Shown here piece by piece: positions 60,783-64,000 of a stretch of 64,000 bases of DNA (its first letter is position 1; each line of letters starts with the position of its first letter). The notes under the pieces were generated by a model, which saw only the letters and a program-made list of their open reading frames with translations, did no database searches and had not been told where the DNA came from. The DNA comes from Fimbriimonadales bacterium (lineage in GTDB: Bacteria; Armatimonadota; Fimbriimonadia; Fimbriimonadales; ATM1). The stretch spans positions 1 to 64,000 of the forward strand of contig JBGTLG010000022.1 in the NCBI GenBank assembly GCA_041744215.1, in the 5' to 3' direction. Both the position numbers and the translations under genes were made by a program.

Positions 60783-61673
60783 GTGGGTTTTGCGGTCGAT
60801 TCCACGCGGCAAAGTGAAGTGCCGCAAGTTATCCTACTCGACGGAGCAATGGGAACGGAGTTGAAGCGGAGAGGATCGCGCCTCGAGATGCCGCTGTGGT
60901 CTGCGCAGTCGCTCATCGAGAATCCGGATCTCGTGTTTCAGATCCACCGCGATTACAGGGATGCGGGCGCTAACATCTTAACGACGAACACATTTCGTAC
61001 ACATCGTAGGTCGCTTGACAAAGCCGGGATTGGGGAACGGGCACCCGCTCTCACGATGTTGGCGGTCAGATTGGCGATCGAAGCCTCCGATGGAAAGTGT
61101 ACGATCGCAGGCTCTGTCTCTCCACTCGAAGACTGTTTTCGCCCCGACCTCTCTCCAGGAAGCTCAGTCGATGAGTTCTTAGAAATTGGTTCTTGGCTTT
61201 TGGAATCAGGGTGCGACCTTCTGATCATTGAAACGATGAACAACATCGCGGAGATGCGATCAGCGCTGACAGCGGCGCAGCGACTTAGCGCAAGGTGTTA
61301 TGTGAGTGTCAACCCATCGACTGCAAATCCCCGCAAGCTGCTGAGCGGTGAGGAAGTTCGCGAAGCGCTACGTGTCGCCGACGGAGAAAGTGCTGCCGCA
61401 TTTCTTCTCAACTGCGCGCCAATGTCCGTAGTAGAGCGAACGATGGCGGAAGTTGCCGAGGTTTCGCCATTGCCGTTCGGCGCCTATGCCAACAACGGAA
61501 CGGATGCAGGTGAAGGGCGTTGGCGATTCGATCAGGACATCGGCGCTGCCAAGTTTATTGAGCATTCGGCGAAGCTGAGGGAGATGGGAGCACGAATCGT
61601 TGGCGGATGCTGCGGCACGACGCCAAGCCACATCGCGGCGATTGCCGAGTTTCTCGCATCTCAGCGTGGGTAA
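60783..61673 (+). CDS. Homocysteine S-methyltransferase family protein
   Basis: LLDGAMGTEL, LNC, GGCCGTTP. Confidence 0.9.
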   Translation: MGFAVDSTRQSEVPQVILLDGAMGTELKRRGSRLEMPLWSAQSLIENPDLVFQIHRDYRDAGANILTTNTFRTHRRSLDKAGIGERAPALTMLAVRLAIEASDGKCTIAGSVSPLEDCFRPDLSPGSSVDEFLEIGSWLLESGCDLLIIETMNNIAEMRSALTAAQRLSARCYVSVNPSTANPRKLLSGEEVREALRVADGESAAAFLLNCAPMSVVERTMAEVAEVSPLPFGAYANNGTDAGEGRWRFDQDIGAAKFIEHSAKLREMGARIVGGCCGTTPSHIAAIAEFLASQRG

Positions 61674-61682
61674 AGTCGCTGA

Positions 61683-62729
61683 GTGACGATTCGACGCACA
61701 ACGATTGCCATCATTCCTTTGCTGGTTGTTGCTCTGTTTGCGCTTGCCACCGTCACATGTGGTGGCCAATCCGGGGCGAAAGCGAAAGTTGGACTACGAA
61801 TTGTCACTTGGAACATCGCGTGGTTTGGTGAAGATGCTCATCCTGAACGGCTTGTAAACATTAACTCTGTGTTATCGAAAATCGATGCCGACGTGATCGC
61901 TTTGCAAGAAATTGCAAGTAGGAAAGCGCTTGAGCAGGTGTTTAAGGACGAGTGGGAGATTGGGATCATCGATGATCGCTCGGAGCCGCAAGAAACTGCG
62001 ATAGTCGTTAGAAAGCCGCTTCGGATCGAAAGTGTTGAACTCATTTTTGAATCCGGTCACTTCGATGATCCTTTCCCCGGGAAACGCGACGTGCTGAGGG
62101 CGGTCGTTGCGACGCCGGGAGGCAATCGCATTTCGTTTTATGTAGTTCATCTGAAGAGCCGAAGTGGCGGGAGGATTAACACGGACCCGCGTCGGATATT
62201 CGCCTGTGCCTTATTGGCGGCGTACATTCGCGGCAAGAATGAAGATTTCGTTGTTGCATTAGGCGACTTCAACGATACGCCTGATGATGAGAGTGTGAAC
62301 ATTCTCGAATCCGGCGATCTAAGAGCGAAGGGCGGTATGCACCGAACAGAGAACCCATTCATGCATAACATTACTGAGCCGCTTTGGGAGAAGGATTACG
62401 TAACTCTTGAGTTGCGCGATCGATTTCGCGGCAGCGACATGATCGCGCAGGCGAAGGGTGCGAGGAGAGAGAACGACCGGCTTCGAGGGGTCAACTATCG
62501 CTTCCCGCAGGATGTGAGCGTTCGAGAGATTATGTTCGATCAGATCCTTGTGAGCCCGAAGATGAATCTGCTGTTTACAGGCCATGCAGATATCTATGCT
62601 GGCGCGGATGCATTGCGAGGTCGTCCGCCGCGCGTCCGCCGCGGTGACAGCGGAGCCACGGCCTATGAGGACAAGGGAACGCTGGCGTCGGATCACCTGC
62701 CCGTCATCGCGGACTTCCGCATTCCGTAA
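61683..62729 (+). CDS. Exported endonuclease/exonuclease/phosphatase family protein
   Basis: VTWNI, LQEI, HLKS, GDFND, SDHLPV. Confidence 0.92.
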   Translation: MTIRRTTIAIIPLLVVALFALATVTCGGQSGAKAKVGLRIVTWNIAWFGEDAHPERLVNINSVLSKIDADVIALQEIASRKALEQVFKDEWEIGIIDDRSEPQETAIVVRKPLRIESVELIFESGHFDDPFPGKRDVLRAVVATPGGNRISFYVVHLKSRSGGRINTDPRRIFACALLAAYIRGKNEDFVVALGDFNDTPDDESVNILESGDLRAKGGMHRTENPFMHNITEPLWEKDYVTLELRDRFRGSDMIAQAKGARRENDRLRGVNYRFPQDVSVREIMFDQILVSPKMNLLFTGHADIYAGADALRGRPPRVRRGDSGATAYEDKGTLASDHLPVIADFRIP

Positions 62730-62731
62730 GG

Positions 62732-63175
62732 TTAGCGGCGAATCTTTGCGCGGCGCTCTAACCAAAAGTTTCCGCTATGCGCAGAGAGGATAAGAAAGCC
62801 GCCGAGACCAACCAAAATGTATGAAGCCAACGGCGCATCGTGGGCGTGACCATCTTTTATCCCGCAACACAACGGCTCTCCGCCAGTAAGAACCCAGTTT
62901 CCTAGAACAAGCGCCACCATGCCCACTCCGAACGCCCAAGCAGGCCAGCGAAAGAGGTGGGCACGATAGCCATGGGTGAGCGCGAGCGAACCGAGAACCA
63001 ATGCGCCGAGCATCATGCCGCCTTCAAACCAGATGTTGCCGACGAAAGTTGCGACGAGAGGCAGGGCGATGGGAAGAAGCAGGCAGTGTATGGCGCACAG
63101 GATCGACAGTGCGCCGCCAACCGCGTCGAGGCGGGAGGAGCGGTTGCAGCGTGCCTGGGAAGTCTCAACATTCAT
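62732..63175 (-). CDS. MerC-domain membrane protein
   Basis: LDAVG...CAIHCLLLP; His/Cys-rich loop. Confidence 0.8.
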   Translation of the reverse strand: MNVETSQARCNRSSRLDAVGGALSILCAIHCLLLPIALPLVATFVGNIWFEGGMMLGALVLGSLALTHGYRAHLFRWPAWAFGVGMVALVLGNWVLTGGEPLCCGIKDGHAHDAPLASYILVGLGGFLILSAHSGNFWLERRAKIRR

Positions 63176-63186
63176 CGAGTCGGATT

Positions 63187-63216
63187 AGTATATCAACATT
63201 ATTGCGTTTCTGTCAA
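63187..63216 (-). promoter_or_regulatory. Sigma-70 promoter of the MerC-domain gene
   Basis: TTGACA-N18-TATACT. Confidence 0.7.
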
Positions 63217-63242
63217 TGGCCGGCGTGAGGGAAAATGCCTTT

Positions 63243-64000
63243 GTGAGCCGTGATAATCGATCTCCGGGGTTCTTGGATTCCCAATTCCTGCGCGAAACTT
63301 ACTCGCTGCCGCTCAGTTACGGCGTCGAGCCTGCCGAAATCACTTGGTCGCCAGATGGAATGCGCTTCGCGTTTCTCTGGAATGATCAGGGCGATCTCTG
63401 GAAGGATGTGTACGTTAGCGACGCAGATCTTTCCCTGCGCAAGCTGACGTGCGCGGCTGATTCTCGGGAGGTCTTCGACGAAGATGACGAGCGAGAGGCC
63501 GCCGATGTGGATTACGCGGAGCGCATGGAGTCGGGATTCACGGAGATTGCGTGGCTGCCGGATGGGGGGGGCTTGGCAGCGATCGCACGTGGGCGAGTTT
63601 TGAAAGTTGCGACAGAAGGGGGCTCAATCGCTTTGTGGTCGGCTGGGAAAGCGTCACATCTTCGGATACCGCGACGTGGGGAAGGAATCTTCTTTTTGCA
63701 TGGAGGAAATGTCCATGTGATTCTTGGCGAGTCGGTGGTGCAGGTTACCGCATTCAGCAAGAAAGACCGTAAGGTGAAGGACTTTCAGCCGAGTCCGGAC
63801 GGGAAGTGGGTTGCACTCTTCGTTGAGGATGAGTCGGAGGTCGAAAAAGTACGAATGCCAGATTACGTTTCCACGAAGGAGGTTAAGATCAACGAGCTGC
63901 GTCGCCACAATGCAGGGGAACGGCCCGCGATGCGCCATTACGGGCTTGCGCTTTCCGATGGTTCAGCGAAGGCAACGTTGCACTCATACGAAAATGAAGA
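63243..64000 (+). CDS. Partial beta-propeller protein (DPP IV/S9 N-terminus), runs off the window
   Basis: Open frame with WSPDG, WLPDG and SPDGKW repeats; no stop before the window end. Confidence 0.7.
   Translation, partial: MSRDNRSPGFLDSQFLRETYSLPLSYGVEPAEITWSPDGMRFAFLWNDQGDLWKDVYVSDADLSLRKLTCAADSREVFDEDDEREAADVDYAERMESGFTEIAWLPDGGGLAAIARGRVLKVATEGGSIALWSAGKASHLRIPRRGEGIFFLHGGNVHVILGESVVQVTAFSKKDRKVKDFQPSPDGKWVALFVEDESEVEKVRMPDYVSTKEVKINELRRHNAGERPAMRHYGLALSDGSAKATLHSYENE

Overview
Bacterial chromosomal window; the gene repertoire suggests Armatimonadota/Fimbriimonadia, which is inference. Bases 1-~8350 are the right end of an integrative mobilizable element inserted at the 3' end of tRNA-Asn. 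It carries a decayed DNA methyltransferase, a VirD4/TraD-like ATPase, a Replic_Relax (PF13814-like) relaxase and an excisionase; no integrase lies in the window. Its main cargo is the most striking feature: a 1184-aa protein with a SARP-like wHTH/BTAD N-terminus, a STAND-type NTPase and about 18 tandem 32-aa pentatricopeptide (PPR)-like repeats, a candidate RNA-sensing NLR-like regulator. The rest is mostly housekeeping (rpsF-ssb, ndk, gatCA, pyrR-B-C, purEK, tdk, pntAB, ccmEF, panD, pyrE, leuS, hmgA, lepA, fliS) plus six tRNAs. Other oddities: a three-gene restriction-modification-like cluster whose nuclease-helicase is broken by one in-frame TGA, a tract of extreme orientation-independent strand skew around it, degenerate hisB/hisA genes, a presenilin/SPP-like membrane protein, probable non-canonical start codons and many probable leaderless genes. 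All calls come from reading motifs by eye; no database searches were run.
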